Origin: Neocallimastix sp. 'constans'
Lineage: Eukaryota
Assembly: GCA_050613775.1 (NCBI GenBank)
Contig: JBODTK010000133.1
Location: 248,001 to 312,000, forward strand
Reading direction: 5' to 3'
Length of the DNA: 64,000 bases
In this document: piece by piece, positions 36,453-50,882 of the stretch
Layout: the number at the start of each line of letters is the position of its first letter
How positions within the stretch are numbered: position 1 is the first letter of the stretch
The notes under the pieces: model-generated
What the model was told of the DNA's origin: nothing
Databases searched by the model: none
What the model saw: only the letters and a program-made list of their open reading frames with translations
Position numbers and translations under genes: made by a program

Positions 36453-39400
36453 TGTAACAGATACATGGAAACTTCAAGCCTATCCAATGATAGTTCTTTG
36501 GTTACGTAACGTATCTCTAAACAGCTAGCAATTTCGGCTAATCAAATAAAATCTTTTGTTAATTTCGTACATTAAATTCTATTATTTTATAATTAATTAT
36601 ATAGTTAAATACTTAGTTAAATATATTTTATTTAATGATTAGTAAACTAAGTTAAATTAAATTATTTACCAATCATAATATTATTGACATGTATAAATAA
36701 TAATTGAACTTGTAACTGTAACGCACTAGCGTTACTATTAACGTAAATTGTTGTTATAAATATTAATATTAATAAATAAAATATAATTATTAAATAAAAA
36801 TATATTACTCAGTGTAAGCCAAGTAACTGATAACGAATAGAGTTATAAAGTGCTGTGCTATATTCTAGTGTAATAGAAAATAATAATTATAAAATTTAAT
36901 TAAGTTAGTGTTTATTATTAACAACTCGAATAGAGAGGTGTTAAGTTATCTTAGCCTTTAAATTTAATTGTTATTCGTTATTTTAGTTAATAATAAACTT
37001 ACCTTTTACAATAGTAACGCTTTATAACTAAATAGCTGATAATAATTAAATAAAAAATTTAAACGCTAAGTAATAATTTAATAGATAGAATAGCTAGTTT
37101 TATAAAATAAAAATTAATACTTAAATATTAGATCATAGTTTACTTATTTTTCTTTGTTTACCTTTTAATTGTATAACTTAGAAAATTTTTGATACAAAAT
37201 TTTACGCCACAATACGTAGCAGAAGAAGCCACGAAAATTTTAGTTTAAAAAAAAAAAAAAAAAAAATTTTCGGCTTCAAAATAAAATTTTGATCAAAAAT
37301 TTAAAAATTTAAATTTTTTTAAAATTTCGAATATCCGAAATTTAATTTATTAATAATTTAATTATAAATCATTATTTAATTTAAATTTTTAAAATTTTTG
37401 GTGGTACCAATTTTTAATTAATAAAAATTCCGTACTTTACCAAATAAAACTCGCTTTTGCTTAGTAGGGGGTCATTTTTTATACAAAATTAATGTATATA
37501 GTGACTCGGGAAGCGAAAGAAGAAATTTTTAAATAATAATTTATTTAAATTATTAATTTTTATTCATTTAATTTTTCAAAAAAAATATTTTCTTTTATTT
37601 TTATTTATTATTTTTATTTTTATTTTTTTTATTATTTAAAAAAAAATTAAGTGGATAAATTAATATCAACTAAATAAATTCAATTAAGTGAACGAACTAT
37701 AATTGTTTAAATAAATATTAATAAGTGAATATATAATTAAGAATTAAATAAATATCAATAAAAGTAAATGGATAAAAAAGGGAAAAATACCAAAGCACCC
37801 GAAAACACCAGGAAAACCACGAGGAATGGTTCCCTAAAGAGCTCGGTGGGTAGTGTGGCCGCGGAGAGTAGTCCTACGCCTGTGGAGGCACCTCCATCTC
37901 GACGCCAAAATACAGGAGACAAGAAAGTGACTAGTACTCCTGAAAAGCCAGCTGCTTCTAAACCTAAACCAGCTGCGGCGCCTGAGAAGAGTCAACCCGA
38001 GGCTAGTAAACCTGAAATTAGCAAGCCAGGGACTAACCAAGGAGAAAGTTCAAGCAAAAATGTTAATGCTGGAGCGATGGACTTTGCTGCTTTGCTGAGT
38101 AATCAGATGGAGGTTTTAAGAACATTATAATAAGCACTCAGCAACAGACGGCTGCGATGATAGAACAGATACAAAATCAAAGTGAAATGAGATTCGCTAA
38201 AATTGAAGCTGAACTTAGCAACTTTATCCCTGTTGTGGACCAACGATTTGGAGAAGTTGAGAGGCGTGTGGATGAAGAGGAAACTAGTAGCCAGGTTAGC
38301 GTGCTAGAGCTTCAGAAGGTGCAAGCTTACTTGAATCAGCAGATTGCTGAAAGCAAGGAGAAAGAAGCCGCTGTTAAGGAAGAAATCAAAAAGACTGAAA
38401 CCTATCTGGATGCGGACCAGATAAAAGGAAAACAAATACAACAAGACCTAGAGGATAAAGGTCAAAAGTTGTACAAGATTGAGGAATTCTTGGATGCGAA
38501 CCAAGTAAGGGATAAAGTACACTTAAATGAGCTTGAAGAAAAAATCGAGAAGCTAATGGCCATTAACCAAGTACAGCAACAAGAGATCGAACGATTGGGT
38601 AAGTTGGCTTGGAATGCTCAGAATAAGGAGCAGGCATCGACGAGCAAACCTTTCCTACTATACATAGATACTAAAGAAGCAAGATACGGTAGCAATCACC
38701 ACCCCACGCCGCCTATATTGACCAGAAGCGCGATGGAAGATGTGATTATGACCGACGCGTACCCCGTGGAGTACGAACGAGACATCCCAATGTTCAATGG
38801 TGAAACTGGGGATGTAGAATCATTTATTGACAGGTTAAAGAGGTACTTTGGTAGACACCAGAAGTATTGCCAAAACGAGCCCACGGCTATGTTGTACTTT
38901 ATTGAGGATCACTTACAAGGAACTGTTAAGAAGTGGTACCAAATGGACGAAGTATTCAAACAACGAGATGACCCACAACCTCAAAGGTTGATGGACAGAT
39001 TGCTGAAGGAATTTAAAAGCGAAAGAACATTGGAAGAAGTTAAAACAGCAATGCTTAAACTTAGGCACGATTGGGGTAAAGCCTACGAATACCTATCAGA
39101 ATTCAATAGGTTAGGTAGAATACTTCATCTAACGGATGAAACCAAAGGGCTACTACTCGTACAACAAGTTAGGCCCTCGGTTCGTGAAGCCTTTTATGAT
39201 CTACCTGCAGAAAAACAAACCTTAGAAGATTACGTGACTTGTCTAAGGAGATCTGATACATTCCCCACGGATTACAAAGACGATTACTTAGAAAGATACG
39301 AATACAACTGCGAGAGGAAGATAGCCGTCATGGCCCTACTTGGAATGATGGACCCACGAAGACCCTCCAAGGATATTGAAGCCAAAAGAAGGAGGAACAG

Positions 39401-42400
39401 CGACAATCGCCGAGGCGATAAAAGAGATTTCAGTAGGAAAGAGCCTACTAAACAAATTAATTACGACAAAAATAAAAAAGATGGATATAACCACAATAGT
39501 GGTAAAGATTTCGGTACGAGACCAAGCGAAAAACAAAACTATTATAAGGACTCACGTACCAGCAGTAATAATCCAATTCCCAAGACAGCACTTCTGATGC
39601 AAGATGGGTCTGAGTGCGAAGAATTCGTGCCAGAGGCCAAGATAAGTAATCTTCGTACCAAAGAGGGGCTCCAAGATTTAAATGTGCTGTACGATACTGG
39701 ATCACAGATCAACATGATCCATCCGCAGTTAGCTAAGGAGATGGGACTCAAGACAGAAGACCGTCCCTTAACGTTCACTACTGCCGCTGGTAAAGTGCTG
39801 ATACCACAGGTTACGGAGGAGTTCAAGATTAAGATTAAGCTGGTCGAAGAGCGTACTGGTAAAGTCAAATGGTATGATTTTAATACAAGATGCAGGCTAG
39901 CCGAGGCTATGCCGAGAACGATCATTCTGGGATCAAGATTTATGGATAGACACTTAATCTATAGGAAGATCGACGTCCATGATCAACAGCCTAAGGTATA
40001 TAAAATAGATGGTGAAAGACCAGGGCTACCAGATGTAGATTCACCAGAAGAGTGTGTAGGTGAAAGCATTTACATGGTGCAACTCCCAGAAGAAAGAGAA
40101 GAAGCTGTGCAAAAAGAGATTCAACCTACAGCGAGAATTACAAAAATTATAAATCAGGTTATTGATAACCAGAAGTTGAAGGACACGGTGTATGAATTAA
40201 CGAGGCAATATTACCGTGATAGAGGAATTGAATATACAATGGATTACTACGATTACTTAGTGGATTACGACAAATGGGCAGATTGGTTCAAGGTACAGAA
40301 AACTAAAAATCTAAAGGAGAGTGAAATTAATAAAAACCCTACGGAAAGTAGTGCACAAAAAGATAGCCAGACAAAAGATCATCTAGCCATAATCACGCAA
40401 GAGGATTCGGTAGTTGAAACAATCAGAAAAGTGGGACTTGAGAAGCTATTGTCGATAGGCGAAATTATAGATAAGTAATATGGAGACTTAACGGAAGCTT
40501 TTAACGAAGAAATCGCTGAGACATTACCAGAACACAGGCCGTATGATTGTAAAATAGAACTAGAGCCTGATGCACCACTTTATAAAGGAGCTATCTACCC
40601 AACGAGTCCTAAAGAAGAGAAAGCACTTAAAGAATATATTGATGAAAATTTAGCTAAGGGGTTTATAAGAAGATCAGAATCTCCGGCGGGTTACCCTGTA
40701 TTGTTCGTGCCGAAGAAATCAGGTGAGCTACGACTTTGCATGGATTATCGCAAGCTGAACCAATGGACCAAACGCAACGCCTATCCGATCCCAAGAATTA
40801 GTGCAGTGTTCGAAGCTATGAAAGGAGCTGTCGTGTTCTCCAAGTTCGACCTTAAATCTGTCTATAACTTGGTACGAATTCGAGAAGGTGACGAGTACAA
40901 GACAGCCTTCAACACTAAGTTTGGACACTTCGAGCATTTGGTAATGCCTTTTGGTCTAACCAATGCGCCAGCGGTGTTCCAAAGCTTCGTGAATGATGTC
41001 TTCAGCGAGGATATCGGGAAGTACTGTCAAGTCTACCTTGATGACATTGTCGTATATTCCAAAACTTTGGAGGAACATGTAGAGCATGTTCGAACGATTT
41101 TAAAGAAGCTGATACAACATAAACTCGTAGCTAAGATGTCTAAATGTTAGCTACATAAGCTAAAGATTTCATTTATAGGATATGTGGTCAGCAAGGATAG
41201 TGTAGAGACTGACCCGGAAAAGATCAAGGCCGTGGCAGAATGGCCACAACCAGAAAATGTCAAGCAGATGCAAAGCTTCTTAGGCTTTTGCAATTATTAC
41301 AGAAATTTTATTAAGAACTTTTCAGAAATAGCCAAACCGCTATTCAAAATGACTTCAAAGAAAGAGAAATTCGAATGGAACGAAGAAGGATTGGCCGCGT
41401 TTCACAAGCTAAAGGAAATGCTTACCTCTCCGCCAGTGCTAGCTTACCCTGACCACGAGAAACAGTTCTTCGTTGAATGTGATGCTAGTAATTACGCGAT
41501 AGGAGGTGTGCTGTCACAGAAAGGAGACGATGGTACTCTTCATCCCATATATTATTATTCCAAGACACTCAGCAAGGATGAAGTAAATTATTCGATTACA
41601 GAGAAAGAACTATTAGCCATTAAGACAGCTTTTACAGAATGGCGACACTTGCTTCAAGGTGCAAAGCATAAGATTATTGTTTATAGTGACCACAGAAATC
41701 TGTTGTTTGCTACCAAACCACAATTACTAACTCCTAGGCAAATTAGATGGCAAGAACTATTCGCCACATACTGGTTTGAAATAGTTTACAGACCTGGGAA
41801 GAAAAATGGTAAAGCTGACGCCCTCTCAAGAGTTGAGACAGAGAAAACTGAGGGTAAAGAATTCGATAAAGATAGCCTATTAAAACCCGATCAATTGGTA
41901 GGATTTGACGATGTAGATGGAGAGGCTGCTTATTTAGCCTTAGCTACCAATTTCGTGGATGATATCAAGCAGGCCTACCGACAGGATAAAATGGCCCAAG
42001 AAATTATCAAAGATTTAGCAGAAGATACCAGAAATAATTATAACAAGAAACATTGGCTAGAAGTAGATGGCCTTCCGGTTAGAAAGGAAAACCCTGAACA
42101 AATTTATGTGCCCACAACGTTCAGGAAAACAATTATTCAACTAAACCATGACTCGGAGTACGCACGACACTTAGGAATTGATAAGACTTCGGATCTAGTA
42201 TCTAGGAATTTCTACTGGCCGAAGATGAGAAAGGATATATAAGGCTACGTGAAAGCTTGTAGAACCTGCGCTACCAAGAAGGATGATCGCCATAAAGAAT
42301 ATGGTACTGCGGTAAGAGTTCCGGTTGCGGACTTACCCTGGCAAGAGGTACAATTAGACTTTGTAACGGATCTGCCAGTAAAGAGTAGAGTAAGGACCGA

Positions 42401-44027
42401 TAACGGTTATGTTTGGGAAACGAAGAGAGCAGGCTGTATCTTGGTATGCTGCGATAAGTTAACCATGATGATACACCTGATAGGATTTAAACATGTGCCC
42501 AACGCTAACGAGACTGCTGACGCATTCCTAAAGGAAATTTACAGGTTGCATGGATTCCCTAAGGTGGTTACAACTGATAGAGGAGTGCAATTCACTAGTC
42601 AGGTATGGAAGGAGCTACTTGAGTTCTTCGGAACAAGAGTAAACCATGCTACCACCAGTCACCATGAGACAGTAGGCCAAGTGGAAAGGAACAATGCCTA
42701 CGTAGAGACTTATTTGCGGTGCTTTGTAGGAACCTACGATGATGACAGTTGGATGGACTACTTGTTTTTAGCAGAGTTCTACTATAACAACGCAATCCAC
42801 GCTTCTACCCAACAATCTCCTTTCCTTACTTTATATAATTACCAAGTACACAACTCCCCTACGACAGCCGACTTAGCGCACTCGTTAGGTGAAGCTAAAA
42901 TGATCGATAGTTTTGCGCATAACTTGGGAAACCTAAAGCACATTTTAGAAATCGCCCAAACAAGATACCTGGATAATATGGATAGGACCCGTACAGATAA
43001 TTACCCCAGTTATAGGTTGTTAGATAAAGTATGGCTAAGGAAACCAGAAAATTATGACGCGTTGCCATTCTACAAACTTGCAACAAGAAAATTCGGATCA
43101 TTCAAGGTAGTTGGTGTCGACGAAGTAAAGAAGAATTACAGGTTAGATATAAGTCGCTCACCCTTCCCAAATATGTACCCAGTGATCCATGTGAGTGAAT
43201 TGGAACCATTCTACAAACTACTTAAGACCTTAGTGCCGGCTCCTGCAGGAAACCAAAAGATAATCCATATCCTTGGATCTAGGAAACACCAAGGACATTA
43301 TCAATATCTGGTTGCGTACCAGAACGACAAACAAGAGTGGGTTAACGCCGACATGATCGACGACAATCCTCACTACGCTGAATTGCTGGAGGATTACCAA
43401 GATTTTAGTTACAGCCAGTTCATTGCTAGCGTCGTCAACCATTAGTAGCTTGCTCCTTGGGAGAGGCCTTGTAACAGATACATGGTAACTTCAAGCCTAT
43501 CCAATGATAGTTCTTTGGTTACGTAACGTATCTCTAAACATCTAGCAATTTCGGCTAATCAAATAAAATCTTTTGTTAATTTCGTACATTAAATTCTATT
43601 ATTTTATAATTAATTATATAGTTAAATACTTAGTTAAATATATTTTATTTAATGATTAGTAAACTAAGTTAAATTAAATTATTTACCAATCATAATATTA
43701 TTGACATGTATAAATAATAATTGAACTTGTAACTGTAACGCACTAGAATTACTATTAACGTAAATTGTTGTTATAAATATTAATATTAATAAATAAAATA
43801 TAATTATTAAATAAAAATATATTACTCAGTGTAAGCCAAGTAACTGATAACGAATAGAGTTATAAAGTGCTGTGCTATATTCTAGTGTAATAGAAAATAA
43901 TAATTATAAAATTTAATTAAGTTAGTGTTTATTATTAACAACTCGAATAGAGAGGTGTTAAGTTATCTTAGCCTTTAAATTTAATTGTTATTCGTTATTT
44001 TAGTTAATAATAAACTTACCTTTTACA
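36453..44027 (+). mobile_element. Ty3/Gypsy retrotransposon with 558-bp LTRs (36453-37010, 43470-44027)
   Basis: TGTAACAG...TTTTACA direct repeats; PPT GGGAGAGGCCT; no matching TSD seen. Confidence 0.95.
37768..43445 (+). pseudogene. gag-pol with a frameshift near 38130 and in-frame stops at 40476, 41148 and 42240
   Basis: LYDTGS, YLDDIVV, ECDAS, TDRGVQF, HHETVGQVERNN, degenerate chromodomain-like tail; ORFs 38157, 40701, 41184 and 42249 share a frame. Confidence 0.93.
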
Positions 44028-44109
44028 CTATGTAAAAGGTACGTTTATTATTAATTGTAGAAAGAATTAATTATTAATATAATTAAATATTTTTAATTAA
44101 TTCTTTACA

Positions 44110-45689
44110 TGTAAAAGGTAAGTTTATTAACTAAAATAACGAATAACAATTAAAATTAAATGTTAAGATAATAACTGAATTTCAATTTCAATTTCAATAA
44201 TTCAGTTATTTGAATTTCAATATTAATAATTAATAATATAATAATTATTATTAAAATATTTAGTAAATAGTCTAGGCCAACTAATTACTAAATATTATTA
44301 ACATATTGAAATTAATATATATTAAATAATGATATAAAACAAATATGTGTAGTAACATATTTGTATATTTAATAATAATTATTAAATATTAAATTTATAT
44401 CTTTTTGATAATAATTATTTTATTTTATTTTATTTCAATATATATTATTATAATTATAATAATTATAATACTTTAATTCATATAAAATTTATATAGTTCT
44501 ATATATTAGAATAATTAATATATTACCTATTTCATATAAATTAAATTATTTATATTAGAAATAGAGAACTCTCTTGTAAATTTTTAGGAATTAGAATTAT
44601 TATTTTAATTGTACGAATATTATAATTTTATTAATAAAATTTACTAAACTACCATTATTTAAAACCCACTGCTTATAAATTATTGCACATAAAAGTCCCG
44701 TATATCAATAATGTAAACACGTGATTGTCATTAAATTAATTTCTACATATTATATTTTAATTATAAAATATAATATTTAGCTAATATTATATTCTTATAT
44801 TTTATTTATATTAAATATTTATATTATTATCTTACTTTATATTATCAATATCAAACTTAATATTAATACTATTACATATTCATATTAATAATTAATATTT
44901 TAATAATTAATTATTTTATATAAATACATGTTTAAATCTTTTGATTAATCCTTTGTAGGATTATTGTAATTTAAATTATAGTAATAATTATATAAAATAA
45001 TAATGTAATAAAATATTATTAAGATTAAATAAAATTTATATTTTGAATAAGAGAACTTAATTATAAAATTTACTAATAACAATATGTTTTAAATAAGAGT
45101 ATAATTAAATTATTAATTAATTACTATAATTTGGCATCTTGACCTAATCGTTAAGGCCAAATTATCTAAAAACTTTAACATTAAAGGCTAAGATAACTTA
45201 ACACCTCTCTATTCGAGTTGTTAATAATAAACACTAACTTAATTAAATTTTATAATTATTATTTTCTATTACACTAGAATATAGCACAGCACTTTATAAC
45301 TCTATTCGTTATCAGTTACTTGGCTTACACTGAGTAATATATTTTTATTTAATAATTATATTTTATTTATTAATATTAATATTTATAACAACAATTTACG
45401 TTAATAGTAATTCTAGTGCGTTACAGTTACAAGTTCAATTATTATTTATACATGTCAATAATATTATGATTGGTAAATAATTTAATTTAACTTAGTTTAC
45501 TAACCACTAAATAAAATATATTTAACTAAGTATTTAACTATATAATTAATTATAAAATAATAGAATTTAATGTACGAAATTAACAAAAGATTTTATTTGA
45601 TTAGCCGAAATTGCTAGCTGTTTAGAGATACGTTACGTAACCAAAGAACTATCATTGGATAGGCTTGAAGTTACCATGTATCTGTTACA
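44110..45689 (-). repeat. Inverted copy of the 558-bp LTR, split by another LTR
   Basis: Reverse complement of 43470-44027 in two parts, 44110-44160 and 45181-45689. Confidence 0.92.
44161..45180. repeat. Solo LTR, 1020 bp
   Basis: TGTTAAGA...CTTTAACA with 5-bp TSD TTAAA. Confidence 0.9.
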
Positions 45690-46000
45690 TGAAACTTTAT
45701 GTAATAATTCTATTAAGAACTAACTCAAAATAGAATTATTGACTACAACTTAACGACTAATTCATTAAGTTGAGAAAATAAAATAAGATAAATTTTTTTT
45801 TTACCTTTAGAGTTTATTATAAAATTAATTATAATAATAACACGAGAAGTAAGAGAAGAATTATTTGTATAAATTTGATTTTAAAATATGTTTTTTGAAT
45901 AAAATATTTTATTAATTTATTATAATTAAAAATATAAAATTGTTACTATTATAACTATGTTTTTATAATAATAACTCTTGATTTCTCAAACCAACTTTAG

Positions 46001-46579
46001 TATAATTATTTTAGAGAAAACAAAATAAATTACGATGAAAATGAATACGGCTTTATTGTGGATAGTAATAGCGTTAAATTAGATACTAATGACATACAAA
46101 CTATTCTTGAAGAGGTAACAATAACCGGAACGAAAGGGATCACAAAAATAGAAACATATAATGACAATGATCAATATATAATCAACGTTACTGGTACCAA
46201 TCTGGATCCCTTGTTCAATAACAAATATATAGATCCTGAACTTTCATATTATCTAGTTTATAGTAATTCTAATGAGATAAGCTTTGATCAAAGAAAGCAA
46301 AATATTTTTAATCAATTAAAAAGAATTGTTGATAATGGTTCGAAAAACTACAATTACAAACATATAAGATTACTAACCAATTTTATGTGTCGAAATAATA
46401 AACTAAATCCAATGTCTCGTTTTGGTATGAACATCAATGAATATTCCTTTATTTCCCGATTGTCCTTTGAATATCCATATAAAATACTTCATGATGTCAT
46501 TTACGATATTGAGGATAATCTAACATCTGTATCCGCAAAATTAATTACAGGAATATATGATACAGAAAACAAATTATAA
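46001..46579 (+). pseudogene. rpb1: C-terminal fragment of a divergent RNA polymerase largest subunit (RPB1-like, probably viral)
   Basis: GTKGI..VTGTNL; NYKHIRLLTNFMC..MSRFGMN..RLSFE..DNLTSVSAKLITG matches the conserved RPB1 C-terminal region; no heptad CTD. Confidence 0.8.
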
Positions 46580-47019
46580 TCAAATGTATTTCTTTATAAT
46601 TTATATATATATATATTTTTTTTTTAAAAAAAAAAAAAACTATCTTACAGAGCAACATAATAGTTTGGTGATAATTTATTTTAATTATTTAAAGTAGTTT
46701 AATTAATAAACCAATTATTTAATAAAAACTTGAAATTTTAAAAATAAATTAAAGAAAAATTCGTATATAAAATAGATTTTTTACAAAATTATTGAATTAG
46801 ATTTACTCAATTAATAAATATTTTGATAAAAGGAAAGTCAATATTTTTAATAAATTAATACGATGATAAAATATACAAATATAACGCTCTTGAAGTTTCG
46901 AACCTAATTAGTTATAAGTAACGTCTTAGTTAATTATTAACATAGATATTTTACTTTTTCTTGATTTTCTTGACAGTATAATGGCTTTCTTAATAAGATA
47001 AATTTAACTATTAATAGTA

Positions 47020-47174
47020 AAGTTTAATATTAATATACAATGGTAACGTTTAATATTAAAGTTTAATATTAATATTTAATGGTAACGTTTAATATTAAAG
47101 TTTAATATTAATATTTAATGGTAACGTTTAATATTAATGTTTAATATTAATATTTAATGTAAACGTTTAATATT
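47020..47174. repeat. 39-bp tandem repeat, about 4 copies
   Basis: TGGTAACGTTTAATATTAAAGTTTAATATTAATATTTAA at 47041, 47080 and 47119 with partial flanking copies. Confidence 0.9.
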
Positions 47175-47790
47175 ATAACAAATATTATAATAAATATAAT
47201 AACACTCAAAAAAAACAAAAAAATTATTTTATTTTTTATTTATTATTTTTTTTTTTTTTATTCTAATTATTTTATTAATTACATTTATTATAATACTATA
47301 AGCCGCAAGGGTTGATATAGTATTAATATTAAAAAAAGTTTTATTAAAAAATTAAGTTTTATTAACTAAAAAATTAAAATAAAAAACACAAAGAGAAGAT
47401 TATTTTTTAATAAGAATTTTACTCATATTTATATTTTTTTCAAAAGTTAAAGTTATTAAAAAATAAAAATAAAAGTTTCTAAAAAGTTCTTAAAAATCGA
47501 AAAATTTAGAAAAAATATAAAACAATAGAATTAAGAATTTAATAGAATAAATTTTAATTAATTAAACACAAGAATTATCAAGAAATTCTAGTAATTTCTT
47601 GAACTATTAAGAATCTTCTAGATATTTTTTTTAGAATAAAACTATAAAATAATAATAAATGTGAATCGAACCCTAAGTAGTTTGATTCATAGTATTAGTT
47701 ACTAACAACTATACCAGAAATAATATTTTTTAAATTTAATTATTTGTTTTAAAACTTTATTGAAAAATAATACTAAATATTAAAATAATA

Positions 47791-47829
47791 TGTTAAGATA
47801 ATAACTGAAATTATCTAAAAACTTTAACA
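47791..47829. mobile_element. 39-bp ends-only derivative of the 44161-45180 LTR family
   Basis: TGTTAAGATAATAACTGAA joined to ATTATCTAAAAACTTTAACA; TSD TAATA on both sides. Confidence 0.85.
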
Positions 47830-48048
47830 TAATAAAATAATTGTAATTATTGATTCTGTTATAAATATAAATACTTATTTATATTTATTGAATGTTTTTA
47901 TTGATTTTTAAAAAATTTTAAAAAATATAAAAAAATAAATATAATAATTATACAATAGAAATTATTTAAAATTAAAATAAAATATCAATATATTTATTAT
48001 TGTTGACCTTGAAATTAGTTGAAGAAAACTAATAGCTATATTTTATTT

Positions 48049-50780
48049 TTATATTAAATCGGCAATATCATTACTATAACACTTTAATAAATTTTTAAAA
48101 CCCGTTCTTATCAAATTTCTATAATAATAATTATAATCAATCTTAGGCTTAATGATAGTTTGATCATGAGCGTGTTCTTCGCAGATTTTGTTGTACAAAT
48201 CCATTGACATCATTTTATTTCCTACATAGTTATTATTCGAATTAAAGGTGAAGGTTGTAGTGTCGAAAACAAAGTAATCTACCTTGTCACCATACTTGTA
48301 GTTCAATTGGTGTTTTTTGTGATTATTAACAAACAACAAAACCTTATTGTTTTTATCGATATATTTGCGACCCACACTTAATTTCATTACCATATCACTT
48401 GGGACATTTCCTGATTTTAAATCTGATATCATCTTCAAAACTTTTTCCCTTATGTAGTTCTTCGGATAGTCATAGAGTATCATATAAATAAATATCTTAT
48501 AATAATCCCTAATAAATATACATGTATTTTTCTTTATTATATCAATACCCTTTATATACAATTTCGAATTATTAGCTAGAAGACCTACATAATTTTTTTG
48601 GATATAATAATCATTCGTGAAAAGGTATTTTCGTATTTTAAATGCATCTCTTCCGGCAAAAGATTAGTGACCATTTCAGCTGCATCGATACTGTCCTTTA
48701 TAAATTTATCCTTTTTATTTTTATTACTATCCATAGGATTATTGTTACCTTTTTTCTGGAGATCATCATTAGCATTATTTCCAAGCGTAGGGCATTGTCC
48801 TTTATTATTTTTTTCGTTATTTTTATTTTTATTACAATTATTACTGTTATCTCCGTGTTTATCTATGTCATGGCCATTACTTTTACAATTTTTATATTCA
48901 ATAAGACATGAATCGGTATCCCCATAGATCACTCTAAAATTAGTTTTTTCATGCAAGATATCAATCGCTTTGTTTAAATAATTTCTTCCCATACCTGTGG
49001 TACATTCAGCACCAGGTAAAAAACTTAAATATTCTAATAGCTTAGAACCGAGACAACCGTAAATGGAGTTAGTCTGGATTTTAAGTGCATACTGTTTTTT
49101 ATCATATATAATGTAATCTGAACCCTGGGCGTTTTTCATATAATTTTTATAGCGTACACGCTCCGTTAATAATACTTTCATTATACGAGGTAAAATACCC
49201 TCATGATATTTTGTAAAATAATAAATTTTATTATTTCCAATATCGATGGTGTGATAAGAATTCTGAGTGTAATTTTTTATATCTTTCTTGTTAATTATCG
49301 TAGTGTAGCATATGTTATGAGTGATGATTACACTTGGATATAAACTGGTGAAATCAAGCATAGTGCAATAGTTGTAAACTCCGAGTTCCGGGTATATGAC
49401 GGTAGCGCCCTGATAATCACTCGTTTTGGTGGAATTCTTGTCAATGAAGATGTCGTTGTCATAGCAAAACTTGTACAGCAAGTTAGTTAGTTTCTTGCTT
49501 TGGCCGGACTTATCGACCTCATCGATACGGATTCTAGATATCTTGGCTACTTCTATCAATTGGATCCACTGGTGCGAAACCTTGAATATTTCGAGAGTTA
49601 AGATGGAATCCATTATACAATAAACGGCTACCTTTTTTAACGCTTCCTCGGTGTTTTCATGGATTAGATAAAACATATCTTTGTACAGCAAATCAATTTT
49701 TCGCTTTTTTAACAACTTTTCCGAAACATAATTTAAGCTGGATGATGGTAAATTCAACGATTTGGCATATTTATATATATCGATGGCTAAACGACCTGGA
49801 GTATATATCTCAAACTCGTCATTCCACAATTCATTGAACTCTGTTATTTTATTGACGATACGACTTGCAGAAAAGCACGTCGAAGATTCATTACTTATTA
49901 AATATATCCCAATTCTCTGCATCATATACATATAATAAAAGCCAAACGTATTGTATCCAATAATGAGATCAGGATCATGAATTCTTATCTGATTAAAGAA
50001 TTCACACAACAACTCATACTCTGTTTCCACAAATATTATTTCATATTCTTCATTAAATGTATTTGCTTTTGTATTATTTTCTTCTTTCTTTCTATCCATC
50101 CTCTTAATAAATTCTTCGATTTCTTCATAATTTTCATACTTGTTTTTTCTTTCTTCGTTTTCCTTTTTTCTATTTTCAATATCTATTTTAGTTTGTGTCT
50201 CCAGACTTGAACTATTGTATATTAAATTTCTAAAATTATTGTATCTATTTCGATTAGAAGATTTCAAGCTATTATTACTTTTCAAGATCGACATGTATTT
50301 TTGGTATTTATTGAAATTTCTATTCCTACTAATATCTTGGCTTTCAATAGAACTGGATATATTCGAAGGTGTTCTATCCATCCCGTTCAAATCCAGAAAT
50401 CTATTTTTATATTTATTATCATCCATAATGCTATTTTTATGGTTGTCATCAATTCTGCTATTTTTATTATCGTCTACACTTTTATTGTTATTGTCATCCA
50501 TACAATTATTGTTATTATTATTATTAGCATTATTAAAATGTTCTTTTTTCTTTAAATATGTCTTAATTGACGTCTGAATTAAATTGACATTTTTCTTTTT
50601 TTCCTAAGATGCTTTCAATACAGGAGTGGAATTTCGGTGAGTCCTTTTAATTTCTGATGGCATATCAAATATACTTCCGGTCACTTCACTTTTGAATTTT
50701 TCAATATCAACGAATGAAATAAATCTGGGATCGATATCACTAAGATTTTCATGATTAATAATTTCGGTATCCTTTATTTG
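48049..50780 (-). pseudogene. polB: Family B DNA polymerase (not protein-primed type, probably viral); N-terminus cut off, TAG at 50604-50606, frameshift near 48595
   Basis: DPDLIIGYN, YCIMD, YQGATV..DFTSLYPS, KQYALKIQTNSIYG, YGDTDS; KKNY..KGID restored by adding one A. Confidence 0.93.
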
Positions 50781-50882
50781 CTACAATCATTATTGAATAC
50801 TTAATTTGATATTTAATTAGAAATTAAAATATATTATTATGAAATATATATAAAATATAGATTAATAATAATAGTTAATAAT

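Noticed and set aside
45960..46000. Possible intron acceptor (TTAG) before the RPB1 fragment
   Set aside because: No donor or upstream exon can be identified; a nonsense codon or truncation explains it equally well.
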